From assembly GCF_009914755.1 (NCBI RefSeq), contig NC_060944.1: 64,000 nucleotides of DNA; one strand, given 5' to 3'. Under the pieces are notes generated by a model. It was given only the letters and a program-made list of their open reading frames with translations, had not been told where the DNA came from and searched no databases. The translations under genes were made by a program, and so were the position numbers. Positions 44,005 to 57,092 of the stretch are shown piece after piece (positions within the stretch are counted from its first letter, which is position 1; every line of letters starts with the position of its first letter). The stretch comes from the human T2T-CHM13v2.0 reference genome, Homo sapiens.

Positions 44005-45675
44005 AAAAAGGAGAAACCATTTCTTTGAAAAGATCAATAAAATTGATAAACCTTTAGTCAGGTTAACTAAGAAGAAAGAGAAAAAAAAAACAGAAATTAC
44101 TATCAGAAATGAAAGAAGGGCCATCACTGCTGATCACATAGACATAAAAATAAGTCAATATTATGAATTCCATGCCCGCAAATGTGATAGGCTAGATGAA
44201 ATGGACCAATTCCTTGAAAGACACAATCTACCAAAACCTATGTAAACAGAAACAGATCATCTGACTAGGCCTATATCTATTAAAGAAATGGAATGAATAC
44301 TTGATATCCTACCAAAACACCAGAAAGAGTTCACTTGTGAACTCTATCAAACATTTAAGGAAGAAATTATGCCAATTCTCCACAATCTTCTACAAGATAG
44401 AAGAGTAGGAACTACTTCCTAACTTAGTCTATGAGGCCAATGTCCCCTTAATACCAAAACCAAAGACACTACAAACAAGTACAAACCAGTATCTCCCATA
44501 AACACATACACAAAAATCCGCAACATCAGCAATATCAGCAAATCAAATCCTACAATGTATAAAAAGAATTATGCAACTATTACCAAGTGGATTTTATTCT
44601 AGGTATGCAAGAATGATTCAACATTTGAAAATTAATGTACTCCATCATAACAGGCTAATTTAAAATAATCAATCAATCAATATAAATTGATACACAAAAA
44701 ACATCTAACAAAATCCAACACAGATTCACGATAAAAAACCCTTAGCAAACTAGGAATAAATGGAAACTTTCTCAGCTTGATAAAGAGCATCTACAAAAAC
44801 AGTTACAGCTAACATCACACTTAATGGTGAGAAACGAGATGCTTTTCCTACTAAAATCAGAAACAAAGCAAAAATGTCCCCTCTCATTGCTTCTTTTTAA
44901 CATTGTTCTGGAATTCTTAGCTAATGCAATAAGACAGAAAAAGGAAATAACAGGTATATTGATTGGGAAAGAAGAAATAAAACTCTTTGTTCACAAATGA
45001 CCTGTCTGTAGAAAATCTCAAAGAATTAGCAACAAAACTACTGGAAGTAATAAGCAATTGTAGCAAGATTGCAAATTACAAGGTTAATATACAAAAGTCA
45101 ACCACTTTCTTATAAACCAACAATGAACAAGTGTAATCAAAAACACAATATAATTTACATTAGCACTGCCGAAAGAAATACTTAGATGTATATCTAACAA
45201 AACATGTACGAGAGAAAAACTACAAAAGTCTGATGAAAGAAATCAAAGGAGATCTAAATAAATGAAGAGATATTCCACATATATGGATAGAAAGCTCAAT
45301 ATTGTCAAGATGTCAGTTCTTCCTAACGATCTATAAATTTAATACATTCCTAGTTGAAAGAACAAACAAGTGGAGCACAGGGGAATGGTATGGCACTGAA
45401 GCTATTCTGTGCAATACTGTAATGGTAGATATGTCACTTCACTACATATTTGTCAAAACACACAGAATGTACAACAAAGCATGAAGCCTAATGTAAACTA
45501 AGCACTTGAGTTAATAATCATTATGTATCAATAATGACTCATCAATTCTACCAAATGTACCACAGTGATGCAAGATGTTAATAATAGGGGAATGGGTAAA
45601 TGGGTATACGAGGAGTCTGTATACTTTCTACTCATTTTTGGGACTAAAATTGCTCCAAAAATGATTTTTTTTAAA
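44005..45675 (+). mobile_element. L1MC-type element (ORF2 relic + 3' end)
   Basis: ttctttgaaaagatcaataaaattgataaacc; tttgtcaaaacacacagaatgtacaac. Confidence 0.8.
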
Positions 45676-46131
45676 AGTAAAAGGACTACAAAATAAGAAT
45701 TATTCTCAGCATAATTTAGATAACTTAGTTTTAATAAAGTCCAATAGTATTCTTAAAGATATGAGGTCTCCTGATTTTATATTTACTTTTCTCTGGTTAT
45801 CAGGCATATATAGGTTTTTTAGTTGTAGTAATATACACAAAAATCTAGTAAACACAAAATTTACTATTTTAACCATTTTTAAGTCCATATGTTCTTATAT
45901 ATAATAGGTACTAAGTTATTAATGTCCCCTTAAGATTATCGGAGTGGTTTACTTGTCTTGATAGAAATGTACCAAAAATGAACCTTCTCCAAAATACTGT
46001 ATGATTTCAGAAATTCCAGTATAATTGGAGCCAGCCTGGGAAATCTGTGCCACTGAACTACCAAGGTTGCTCTGGGGTGATCCAATAAGTAGAAAGACAG
46101 TATCAGACAGATGGCTACCTTAGAAGACAGT

Positions 46132-46830
46132 TATCATCTAGCACCAGTTAGAATGATGATCATTAAAAAGTAAGGAAACAACAAATGCTGGAGAGGATGT
46201 GGAGAAATAGGAATGCTTTTACACTGTTGGGAGTGTAAATTTGTTCAACCGTTGTGGAAGACAGTGATTCCTCAAGGATCTAGAACCAGAAATACCATTT
46301 GGCCCAGCAATCCCATTACTGGGTATATACCCAAAGGATTATAAATCATTCTACTATAAAGACACATGCACATGTATGTTTACTGCGGCACTATTCACAA
46401 TAGCAAAGACTTAGAACCAACCCAAATGCCCATCAATGATAGACTGGATAAAGAAAACGTGGCATTATACACCATGGAATACTATGCAGCCATAAAAAAG
46501 GATGAGTTCATGTCCTTTGCTGGCACATAGATGAAGCTGGAAACCATCATTCTCAGCAAACTAACACAAGAACAGAAAATCAAACACCACATGTTCTCAC
46601 TCATAAGTGGGAGTTGAATAATAAGAACACATGGACACAGGGAGGTGAACATCACACACTGGGGCCTGTTGGGGGGTGGAGGCCTAGGGGAGGGATAGCA
46701 TTAGGAGAAATACCTAATGTAGATGATGGGTTGATGGGTGCTGCAAACCACCATGGCACATGTATACCTATGTAACAAAACTGCACGTTCTGCACATGTA
46801 CCCCAGAACTTAAAGTATAATAAATAAATA
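46132..46830 (+). mobile_element. L1PA7-like 3' fragment
   Basis: aggagaaatacctaatgtagatga...gcaaaccaccatggcac; flanked by agacagt repeats. Confidence 0.9.
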
Positions 46831-46883
46831 AATAGGTAGATAGGTAGGTAGGTAAGTAGGTAGGTAGGTAGGTAGGTAGGTAG
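46818..46883. repeat. (TAAA)n to (TAGG)n microsatellite derived from the L1 tail
   Basis: Read directly. Confidence 0.9.
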
Positions 46884-48263
46884 AGACAGTGATTCATGAA
46901 CTGGTGGGAAATTCTAAATAGGATACAGGTAGTGACTCTATGAAGGACTGAAGACAATTTCTGAAAACAGGAAGTTGATTTTTTTAAAAATCAGAGCACA
47001 GCTTAGAAAAGATTATTAGGTTTTGTGCTCCCAGAAAAAAAAAATGACTAGCTCAGGGAAATTATGTGAAATTATTCTAAATACCAAAGAAAGCAATTTA
47101 AAATTTAAATTTAAAGACAGATCTTTGTTCGGACAAAAAGAACCTTATTTCCCCTGGGACTGAGGGAAGTAAATAGCAGCTAAGATGAGAAAGAGAAAAT
47201 AACATATTAGGACCCAAGAAAAAAAGGGACCCAAAAGAATATGATTAAAGAAGAAAACAGCCAAATTAGGCACAAAAAGTGAGCTGCAGGTGTAAAAAAT
47301 ATTTTAAAGGAGGCTGGTCAAGACAAATTAAATAATGCCTAATTATATACAATTGCAAATTATCTTTTAAATATAATTTGCACATTGAGAGGTTACATTG
47401 TGTGAACATTTTACATTGACTCTAGAAATTTGGCTTCCCAGGTATCAGCATTACTACAGAAGATAAATGAAAATAAAAGCCTATAAAACCTGGATTATTT
47501 CAGAAATATCAAAAAGCAGATTGCATTACCTGCAGTGGAAATGTATTCTAATTAAAAAATTTTTCTTAATCTGCATTTTGATAGTTAAGAAAAAATGATT
47601 TACCCGTAACTGTTACAAAAAAGTAATATTTTCTTCCCTGGAAGTCTGGTGGCAAAGTAGCTAAAAATGTCTTAGAGATGTTCTCCAGAGATGATTAATC
47701 TGAAAAAGAAAGTGGGAGCTCTAATAATGATGAGTAACAGTTACAATAGAAGACAGTCTCTTCTAACCCATTCACATACTTTCTTGCAAAACCTTGTCAA
47801 GGTTAAATGCATTCATCCAAAAAATGTTTGAGATGCTACTGTGTATAAAGGCTGTGCTAGGACATGCAGGAAAACAAATGTTGAATAAAACAGTCTATGG
47901 TTACAGTCAAAGAGAGAAAAAAAAACCATTTATTAAAAAGAAAGGTAGGAATTATAAGAAATGTACAAACAGTTCTATATCCAAGTCAAAAGGAAAGAGT
48001 GGGAGGAACCTAAAAAGAAGAGACAGGAACTGCATGGTTCATTAATTCTACACATATTTACATGTCTGATATGCACCTAGTACTGTTCTATCAGAGCTAC
48101 GACAAGGGAGAGGTGAGTGAGGAATTCTGAGAGTCTGGGCACTGAATTAAACAAGGTATTACACATGTTAAATGTGTAGCAATTAATCAAGTTTCTTTCT
48201 TTCTTATGTCATCAAGTAGGCATCTTATGGATATGCAGAAATCAAAACACATTGAAAGCTCAC

Positions 48264-48700
48264 CATTTTTTTTTGTTTCGAATCCCAGGAATTAAGCTCA
48301 GAAGTCAATTCTTTCTCTGCTTTTCTATGACTTTGCACATTTTTGCTAGCAGATGGATTTTTATCGCAAGTAGCAGTATTCACATCTTTTGACAATATGT
48401 ATTTCTTCCTATATATCAGCGATTCTTCAATTGTCTTATTTAGGAGAACCGATTTAAAAGTAGTTTCAGATTCAACAGGCCAATCACTCTGCTTGGCATT
48501 TTCAGTATTTTTCTGCCCTGAATATTTAGGATGATTTTGTTGCTGATTGTGTTTCTTGCAAACTTCTACTTCTGCTTTATCTATTTTGATATGGTCGGTT
48601 TGTTCTTTCTTATATTTCACTTTTCCTGTTCCTTCAGAATTATGATCAGATATTGAAGAGGATGATTTTTGTTTAGTAAGTTTTTTATTTATAACAATAT
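48264..48700 (-). CDS. SYCP2: SYCP2 large exon (IVINKKLTKQKSSSS...WDSKQKKM)
   Basis: 437 nt, ccccaatag / GTGAGC, phase 1-0. Confidence 0.95.
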
Positions 48701-48841
48701 CTATTGGGGAAAATGAGAAATTAATTCTTTTTAAATTAATAAGTTGACATATGTAAAATTTGTTAAATTTGTTTTAATACTTGTTAGACATTTGAGGAAA
48801 TTAACACTGAACTATTACATATAGATAAAACTAAGTTTCAC

Positions 48842-48975
48842 CTTGATTCAATGTGTCTCCTGACGAAGTACTTGCTCTTTGGTTATTACATAGTTCAATG
48901 TTTGTTACAGGTGTCCAACATGCCCATTTGCTGTGTATTTTATTTCCACAGATGTTGTCTAAAACACCAGGTAAT
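48842..48975 (-). CDS. SYCP2: SYCP2 exon (LPGVLDNICGNKIHSKWACWTP...DTLNQ)
   Basis: 134 nt, ttttctag / GTGAAA, phase 2-1. Confidence 0.93.
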
Positions 48976-49415
48976 CTAGAAAATAAATTAATTTGCTTAA
49001 TGTTACAAAACATTAGCCTGTGACTTTAAGACCTTGATTTTTAATGTAGTCAACGTTTACTGAAAGCGATTACTTATGTGAAAATTATGTGGAAATTTAT
49101 CTTATCTTACAGTTCTACTGTATATTTATATTTCTACACATTAATTAATTTCTACATATTGTTATATTTCTACACATTCATTGTTTATACATTTTAAAAA
49201 TCTCATTCATTTTAAGTCTCTCCACTTGAAAAGAGTTATATTGGACCACATGGGGAAAAAACCATATACATAATTCCCCATTGTGCTGTCATAACACTTG
49301 AGAGATGATTAATACTAATTCTAATCATATACAGTCCTTTTCCTCCAAATCTGTTACATTCACTGAAAACAGCATTAGTATAGACTAAATGATTTGATGG
49401 TTTTCTCATACTTAC

Positions 49416-49473
49416 ATAGTATGATCTCTTTTTTCCGCTGCCTGTGAATCTGGTATAACATCCTGGAGTTCAC
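49416..49473 (-). CDS. SYCP2: SYCP2 exon (ELQDVIPDSQAAEKRDHT)
   Basis: 58 nt, tatttag / GTAAGT, phase 1-2. Confidence 0.93.
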
Positions 49474-49797
49474 CTAAATAAAACAAATATTATAATATTT
49501 TCATTTTTTTCATGCAGTTGGCAGGGGGATAGGGAGGTTAGTATAGAAATCTATAAAGGTTCACATATTGGGATGAACGGATTGATCGATTTTGCATCCT
49601 CTCTCTTAAACCCAAACTTCTGGGGAACAAAGGTGGTATATTTCCTTGTAACCTCAAAAATTCCTTGCACAAAGTCAAACAAATTCTTTGTAAATCTTTT
49701 TCAAATCAATGAAAGCCAGTGGGGTTAAATGGTAATACAGGGAGAAGTATATACATTTTCTTAAAAAAATGACTAAATTAAACCACAAGGTACTTAC

Positions 49798-49867
49798 TAA
49801 AATTTTGGTTTGGGAATTCAACATTCTTATTTTCTGTGTTTTCTACACACTTAGCAGTTTTGATATG
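49798..49867 (-). CDS. SYCP2: SYCP2 exon (HIKTAKCVENTENKNVEFPNQNF)
   Basis: 70 nt, tttacag / GTAAGT, phase 0-1. Confidence 0.93.
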
Positions 49868-50197
49868 CTGTAAACACAGGAAACAGGTTAACGTAAACTT
49901 AAGATGTTATATGAAAACCTAAATGTTACAGTATTAAGGTTTGAGTCTTTTAAAACAAATCTGCCTTGATATGAAAAGTTGGATACTATTTTTATATATT
50001 TCATAAACGTTATGCCCGTTTTTGAATATTCCCTATCCTGAAACACAAGAAGAAAACTGTCACTGCAGACGAGGCAGAATATTGCATAAATTTTCTGATC
50101 ACATCCATAGCTAGCATAATAATTCAGTTTTCATCTGTAACTGACAATTTCTAGACTCTCCATGAGGAATCTCTCCTGCTGCTGTTGATTACATAGC

Positions 50198-50333
50198 CTG
50201 CTTTATCTATTTTGATATGGTCCATTCTTTCTTTCTTATATTTCACTTTTCCTGTTTCTTCAGAATTATCATCAGATATCGAAGAGGACGATTTTTGTTT
50301 AGCTAAGTTTTTTATTTATAACAATATCTATTG
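50198..50333. repeat. Local direct copy of 48572-48706 (acceptor + first 129 nt of the large exon)
   Basis: 136 vs 135 bp, 8 mismatches and a 1-nt insertion (manual alignment). Confidence 0.95.
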
Positions 50334-50497
50334 CATTACCCAGGTAACTTCTTTCCTACAGCAAGCTTCCCTATTTCCATAGCCAAAGATAACACTTAAT
50401 CCAGATCAAATACAAATCTGCCACTATTATCAGAAAAATATTCCCTTTAGTCTAAGCTATTTTGCCTCATCCTGGCTGCCTTTCCTTCTTACTCTAG

Positions 50498-50682
50498 CCA
50501 GTGATTCTCCACACTAGGAGGGGAACATTATGGAAATATGCAGGTGTGGTTTGGGTTGTCACAATGACAGAGGGGTTCTCCTGACAATAGGTAAGCACAA
50601 TCCTAGCTAGGATGCTTATCATCCTACAACATTTAGGACCATGTCGCACAACTGAAAAATAATCCCCTTATTAAGAAACACT
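50498..50682 (+). mobile_element. MER20-like DNA transposon relic
   Basis: cagtgattctc...ggttgtcacaa...ggatgct...catcctacaa...agaaacact. Confidence 0.55.
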
Positions 50683-51710
50683 TAGACAACTTGAACCATT
50701 ACTTTGACTATTTTCTTTTAATATCTTCAACTCTCATACCCTTTATCTTTCTACCACATACCCATTTAAATTAAAAAAATAGAATCCATCATCTGTTCTC
50801 ATCTTACTATTAACACCAAGACTACTAAGCTTTGAGAAAATTGTACATATTTATGAACATATTTATGCTATAAAATTCATAGTCATATTTAAACTGGGTC
50901 AACATTGTCTAACACTTATTCTTAGGCCTCTCCATTACCTTGCACATAGCTTTACATGTCCCTGAACCCTGTACTTCAACAGATCTCCAGGAGAAACTCA
51001 CCATCTTCACACTTCAGAAAAAACAAAAGCTATTAGATGTTCCTCCTTTACAAGCTTATCTGCATCGCTGATCACCTCCTGTTTCTCCAAGAAACTATTC
51101 TCTCTTATCCATTCCTGCTTTGTCTTTTCAACTACCTGGAACAAATGCCCTTCTCCTCAATATCCATTTGACTCTTTATTGACCTTTCAAAAGTCAATTC
51201 ATTCTCCATATTTTCTTAAAAAGCATCTCCTGATCTTCACCCTCACCTCTAGCTATGGGGTTAGGCACTTGACCCTCTAACTTGGTTCCTACTGCATCCT
51301 ATATGTGTAAATCTGAGAATGCTTATGTAACTTAGTATCTAATTTTCATGCTAAATTTTGAGAAACTTAAGGACACAGTCCACTTGTACTTCGCATTCCT
51401 ATACCAGAGTCTTCCCCATAGTAGTCACCAATTTGTATAATCAACTAAATAATTATGGCAGGTTCATTTATGCTCCCAAATGTGTAAATCAAGTTATAGT
51501 GAATTAATATTCATAACTTTTATTGTAAGCACAGTAAATGAGTCATATGCCAGAAGGACCCTACTTTCAAGGGCAATAAATATTTAGGGGAAAAAAGGTA
51601 ATGCTTTAAACAAAATGAGACACTTGCAGCTTGCAAAAGGAGTTAGCTCAATACATATTTCCACAATTACTTGAAAAAATATTTTTAAAATACTTTCAAG
51701 GTAAAGTTAC

Positions 51711-51871
51711 TTTGTCTATATTATCTCTTCTATGTCTTCCTTCTGATGATCTAGATTTCAGTGATGCAGCATTATCCACTCTATTTTCTGATGTTTGAGA
51801 AACACTAGGTTTCTCTGCAGAGCTCGTCATTTGCAGTGGTGGTTTAATTCTTCTTCTTCGTGGTGGTATTG
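51711..51871 (-). CDS. SYCP2: SYCP2 exon (IPPRRRRIKPPLQMTSS...RRDNIDK)
   Basis: 161 nt, ctttttag / GTAACT, phase 1-0. Confidence 0.93.
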
Positions 51872-52702
51872 CTAAAAAGGAGGACAAGGATTGCAGATTT
51901 TTCTTTTTTTACCTATTGCTATTATTGAGGTACTTTTCCAATGAGAAAGGTAAGAAACGAACATTCTTAGATGGTTCCCAGGTTTCTGGCTTAGATAATT
52001 AAGTGAATATAGATGCCATCTACCAAGATAATAAGTGAAGGAAAAATTTGCAGGAAGGGTGGAAAGATTAATTTAATTTTGGACCTATTACATTTGGGGA
52101 GCCTGTCAGATACTAAGCAATTGGCCAGTAGGCAACAAGATTTTTAGAACAGAAGGTCAATGTTAAGTTGTCATATAGACTAAGACTTTAACTAGTACAC
52201 AGTATCAGGTTTTTTAAAACTTTTATTTAGCTCTTAGTATGTATCAGGCACTGTTTAAAGTTTCACTAGGTAACTTATTAAATGAGTGATTTTTATTTAA
52301 TCCTCTAAACAACTTGATAAGATAGATACTTAAGTGCCACTTATAGAAAAAAAAACTGGTTCTAAATTTAGCTAGAGGATATCTGTACAAAGTACACAGC
52401 TGGAAGTGGGGAGCTAAGTCCACCTGGCCTGGTTAATTCAGTGTTTTAACCAGTAAGATATGCTGTGTCCTGCTTAAATTATAATAAATTATTAATGTCG
52501 AATATTAGTATTTTCAACACTGTTCTGTTCATATGTTAGCATTATACTTTTCTTCCCATTAGAAGACATTTGTGGTTCATATTTTATCAATTTTTATACA
52601 CCAAACTTATCCTTTATGTAAATTATGTTCAGAATTGCCTTAAATTAAAAAATGCCTCCTTTAAAATAATTGTTAGAAATCTTTTAAAACTATAAAACTT
52701 AC

Positions 52703-52802
52703 ATGTGTTGCTGAAAAGCACTGGACTTCTCATAGTGTATCTATCTGCACCAGAAACAATCATTGATGCTTCAGACATTTTTCTTTTGCTAGGAGTAGTT
52801 TT
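52703..52802 (-). CDS. SYCP2: SYCP2 exon (KTTPSKRKMSEASMIVSGADRYTMRSPVLFSNT)
   Basis: 100 nt, gtttcag / GTAAGT, phase 0-1. Confidence 0.93.
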
Positions 52803-53743
52803 CTGAAACCACGATGAAAAACAATCACTGTAAACACAGTCTTTTTGAAATTAAATATCCTACAATTTTACTTATAACATTTTGCCTTGATACATGCCAA
52901 AGATATATGTTTTTTAAATAAACAACACAATATTCATAAATTTCCATGTTTTAGGCTGATATGAAAGGTTCATCTTCATGTTTGGTATTAAATAAGTAGC
53001 TAAAACAAGTAAGGAACATTGTTTTAAAGAATATTTATAGAATATCCATGCCTATGAAGTACAGTACCTTTATATGCTAGCTGAAAATATTTTATCAATA
53101 TTGAGTTTATCTAGTTAACCATAGCTTGCAATTTCCTATTCTATATCATGAGGATAATGTTTGGATTACATATTTATATGAAATTATTTTGAGTGCTTTC
53201 ATGTTAAGCTTTCTTCAAAACATTCACACATTTTTGAAAATTGTACTAATAATCTGTGAAGACTAAACTGGAGTGAAGTAGCTGCAGGAATTCATAGATT
53301 CAGTGGCACATAATCTAGTGGTTCCAATAAAGATTTGTTTTCTCCCATATCATCTCACACTAATTTATAAGAGGGACAGAAGTAGATAAGCAGAGGCAGG
53401 GACTACAAGAGACAGGAGTTTCAGAGGATGCCATATTAAGAAGTAGATGGTGACATACTGCATAGAGGCATAAAAGAGCTGGTTTTAAGGCACCTGTCCC
53501 TAGAACAGGGGAAAAAATGATACAGTTGTGAGTGGGTATGTATATGAAACGTGAGGGAAGGATGGAAAGGATAAGATAAAAGAAAATTCTAAGATTAACT
53601 AGAAAACAAGCTTCTGAGCCAACAGATTTTTCTTAGAGAAATTAAGTTTTTAGTGGCATAGTGAATGGAACCTGAACAGTTACTTATTCATATAAATGCC
53701 TCAAACAGTTCATCCTTATTGAAAACAGAGCACAGGTATTTAA

Positions 53744-53870
53744 CAGTAGTATGGTGTTTTTCGAACTTTGGTGTGCTTAAGACCTTTCCAAGAGTTTAAG
53801 ATTCAACAGATTTAAGGTGGGGCTAAGAATCAGCATTGTTAATAAGCACCCAACATGATTCTGATATAAA
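53744..53870 (+). mobile_element. MER5-like relic
   Basis: ggtggggctaagaatcagcattgttaataagcaccc...tgattctgat. Confidence 0.5.
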
Positions 53871-54075
53871 GACACCAAAAATAGCTTTCATGTGCTAATT
53901 ATCTCGGGGAAATAAATGACACTTTTAATTGAGAACAAAAGACTAAAAAACAAAATAGTAACATAAACATGCCAAAATATATGGAAGTGCCTGTGAGAGT
54001 TATAGTTACGTAAAGGTGAGAGATTAGTAAAAACTGAAATAATCAGGCAAAGCTCCACGAAGAAATCAAAAAATG

Positions 54076-54417
54076 GGCCGGGTGCAGTGGCTCATGCCTG
54101 TAATCCCAGCACTTTGGGAGGCCGAGAAGGGCAGATCACCTGAGGTCAGGAGTTCGAGACCAGCCTGGCTAACAAGGAAACCCTGTCTCTACTAAAACAA
54201 CAACAACAAACAAAAACAAAAACAAAAATTAGCCAGGTGTGGTGGCAGGTGCCTATAATCCCAGCTCCTTGGGAATCTGAGGCAGGAGAATCACTTGAAC
54301 CCAAGAAGCAGAGGTTCTGGGAGGCGGAGGTTGCAGTGAGCCGAGATTGCACCACTGCACTCCAGCCTGTGTGACAGAACGAGACTCCATCTCAAAAATT
54401 AAATAAAAAGAAAGAAA
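54076..54417 (+). mobile_element. AluS with expanded middle A-tract and an internal ~16-nt duplication
   Basis: gatcacctgaggtcaggagttcg; ccaagaagcagaggtt followed by ctgggaggcggaggtt. Confidence 0.9.
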
Positions 54418-54982
54418 GTGGAAGACAGTGTGGTGATTCCTCAAGGATCTAGAACCAGAAATACCATTTGACTCAGCAAATCCCATTACTGGGTATATAC
54501 CGAAAGGATTATAAATCATTCTAACATAAAGACACATGCACAGGTATGTTTATTGCAGCATTATTCACAATAGCAAAGACTTAGAACCAACCCAAATGCC
54601 CATCAATGATAGACTGGATAAAGAAAATGTGGCACATATACATCATGGAATACTATGCAGCCATAAAAAGGATGAGTTCATGTCTTTTGCTGGCACATGG
54701 ATGAAGCTGGAAACCATCATTCTCAGCAAACTAACACAAGAACAGAAAACCAAACACCCCATGTTCTCACTCATAAGTGGGAGTTAAGAACACATGAACA
54801 CAGGGAGAAGAACATCACACACTGGGACCTGTTGCGGGGTGGGGGCCTAGGGGAGGGATAACATTAGGAGAAATACCTAATGTAGATGACAGGTTGATGG
54901 GTGCAGCAAACCACCCTGGCACGTGTATACCTATGTAACAAACTTGCATGTTCTGCACATGTATCCCAGAACTTAAATAAAA
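54418..54982 (+). mobile_element. L1PA7-like 3' fragment abutting the Alu tail
   Basis: Colinear with 46254-46815. Confidence 0.9.
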
Positions 54983-56411
54983 GACTTCCTACAAAAAAAA
55001 GATATGTAAAATGTTTTAAAAAGGAAAGCAAAAAAAGAGAAAGTGAAAATGAACAAGACTTGCAAATCTAAGTATGCTTTAGATGGGTAAAGGTAAAAAA
55101 ATAAATAATGTTAATGAAGATCTAGAGGCATGAATGAACATGGCATGCAAAGAGACAGTAAAGCAAACTACCTTACAAAAGGGGAGAATACATACTACAG
55201 TTTTAATAGAAAAGGTAAAATTAAATTATAGAAAGTCTCAGAACTGAGCCAAAATTTATTCAGTCAGTGGGATGAACACAGAAATCACAAAACTTTTGGA
55301 GTAGAAGAATGCTATCAAGATACTGATATTTAAGGAAAATCGCTGATTTTTCAGGTATCTCATAGGATAAAACAGTGGTGACAAAGTCCTACGAGGAGGC
55401 TACTGTATTAACCTAAGTGTGCTGAGATGAGTAATGGCAGATGAAACAAGAAAGAATGGATGTGAGACACAGATACTATGAAAGAATAATCACAAGCACC
55501 TTGGTTCCAGATATAAGGGGAGAAGAGGCTGAAATAAAGCATATTGCCAAAAAAAATGAACAGTAGTATTACTGAAATACAGACAGATGCAGATTTTAGT
55601 CAAAAGATAAAATGTTTGAGCTTAGACTTCAGGAAAGGTCTTGGAGAGACATACAAATGGAAATACAGAAAAACAAGTAGAGATGCAGCTATAGAATTTT
55701 GAAGAAAAGTCTGCTACATTTTAAGAGCTCACATTATGAACATGAAGGAAGCTCTCTAAGAAAGAAGGCAACAAGATGTTCCAAAAGCTGGATATCAAGG
55801 TTTTGGGTTTAGAGCAAACCTACCAAGAGGTATGGAGAGAAAGTTTTTCTAATGTAGTAATAGAAGCAGAAAGGGAACCGTGGTATACAATGGAAGCTGA
55901 AGGAGCGGACCTTAAGAAACAGGGGGCTATCGACAATGTCAAGTGTCACAGCAAGGTATGGTGGTAGGGGTTCCATTTATGAGAAATTATTCTCTTGGAT
56001 GTGACCTAGAGGAGGTCCTTCAATGGAAAAGAAAAGGAGTAAAAGAAAGAACCTCATACTTTTTTTTTTCCTCATGCAAATAAACAGAACATTATACATT
56101 TCTATTCTACATTATAGCCAAATGCAATTATAGAACAAAAAGGATACATTCAAGAAGGTTATCTTATCTATCTCTAATCTGCAATTTACAACTGTAAAGT
56201 ATGTCTTGTTCTAACCCCTATACATGTACACAATTTGCTAAGACACACACTATCTTTTGTTTGCATTTGTCAAAGGTAGGAGAAACACTCTGAAATGTGA
56301 TTGATCAAGGCCAATAATATATAAATTCTAGATGCTTCTTTCAGTACTCATATATAACAGTGATTTGATCAATGGTAGTTTTATAAGCCAGTATTTTGAC
56401 ACCATCTTTAC

Positions 56412-56558
56412 CTCAAGCTGACTATTATTTCTATTCCCTTTGTCACTGTTTTTGATATATTTTGAAGGTTTAGCAAATTCCTTTGGGGACTTTGATTTTT
56501 CCTTTAAACTAACGAGCTCTTCTCCGACTGGTGAGATTTGACTTTCTGGCACTAGAAT
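56412..56558 (-). CDS. SYCP2: SYCP2 exon (ILVPESQISPVGEEL...NRNNSQLE)
   Basis: 147 nt, ccaacag / GTAAAG, phase 0-0. Confidence 0.92.
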
Positions 56559-57017
56559 CTGTTGGAGAATATGAAAAAAAAAGTATTTAAAACTGCAAAC
56601 CACAGAAAGTAATCAACAATCACTGGATGTCTTAAGCTCCTACTCATCTCACATATTCAATTATTTCCCTTTTCTATCCATGTGCTGTTATAATTTTTAC
56701 AAAGTGATCCAATAAAAAGTATCCATTTTTTCAAACTCTAATAGACATAAAAGAAGCTTGACATTAATGGAAGGACATTTACTGCTTTTTTAAAGTTTTA
56801 AAGTTACTAAACTGATATTTATTAATAACCCTACTCTTTACACTAAAATTATCATTAATAACATGTTTAAACATCATATACATTTTATTGGGGTACTGTT
56901 TATATTGAGACCATTTGTTTTCTATATATTCACCCTCCAACAACACCTTTATTACTGTTCCATTAGTTATGGTTAAACTTAGCCCAGTGATAAAAATCAA
57001 GTAAGTCTGAGACATAC

Positions 57018-57092
57018 CTGTGATCCACTTGCGTCAAAAAGTATATGCAGCGACGTTTTGGCAACTGAAATACCTTGTTTTCTGATAGATTC
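57018..57092 (-). CDS. SYCP2: SYCP2 exon (ESIRKQGISVAKTSLHILFDASGSQ)
   Basis: 75 nt, ttttag / GTATGT, phase 0-0. Confidence 0.95.

Noticed and set aside
56397-56411. In-frame alternative donor adding VKM
   Set aside because: ATG|GTGTCA is a much weaker match than GAG|GTAAAG; no other support.
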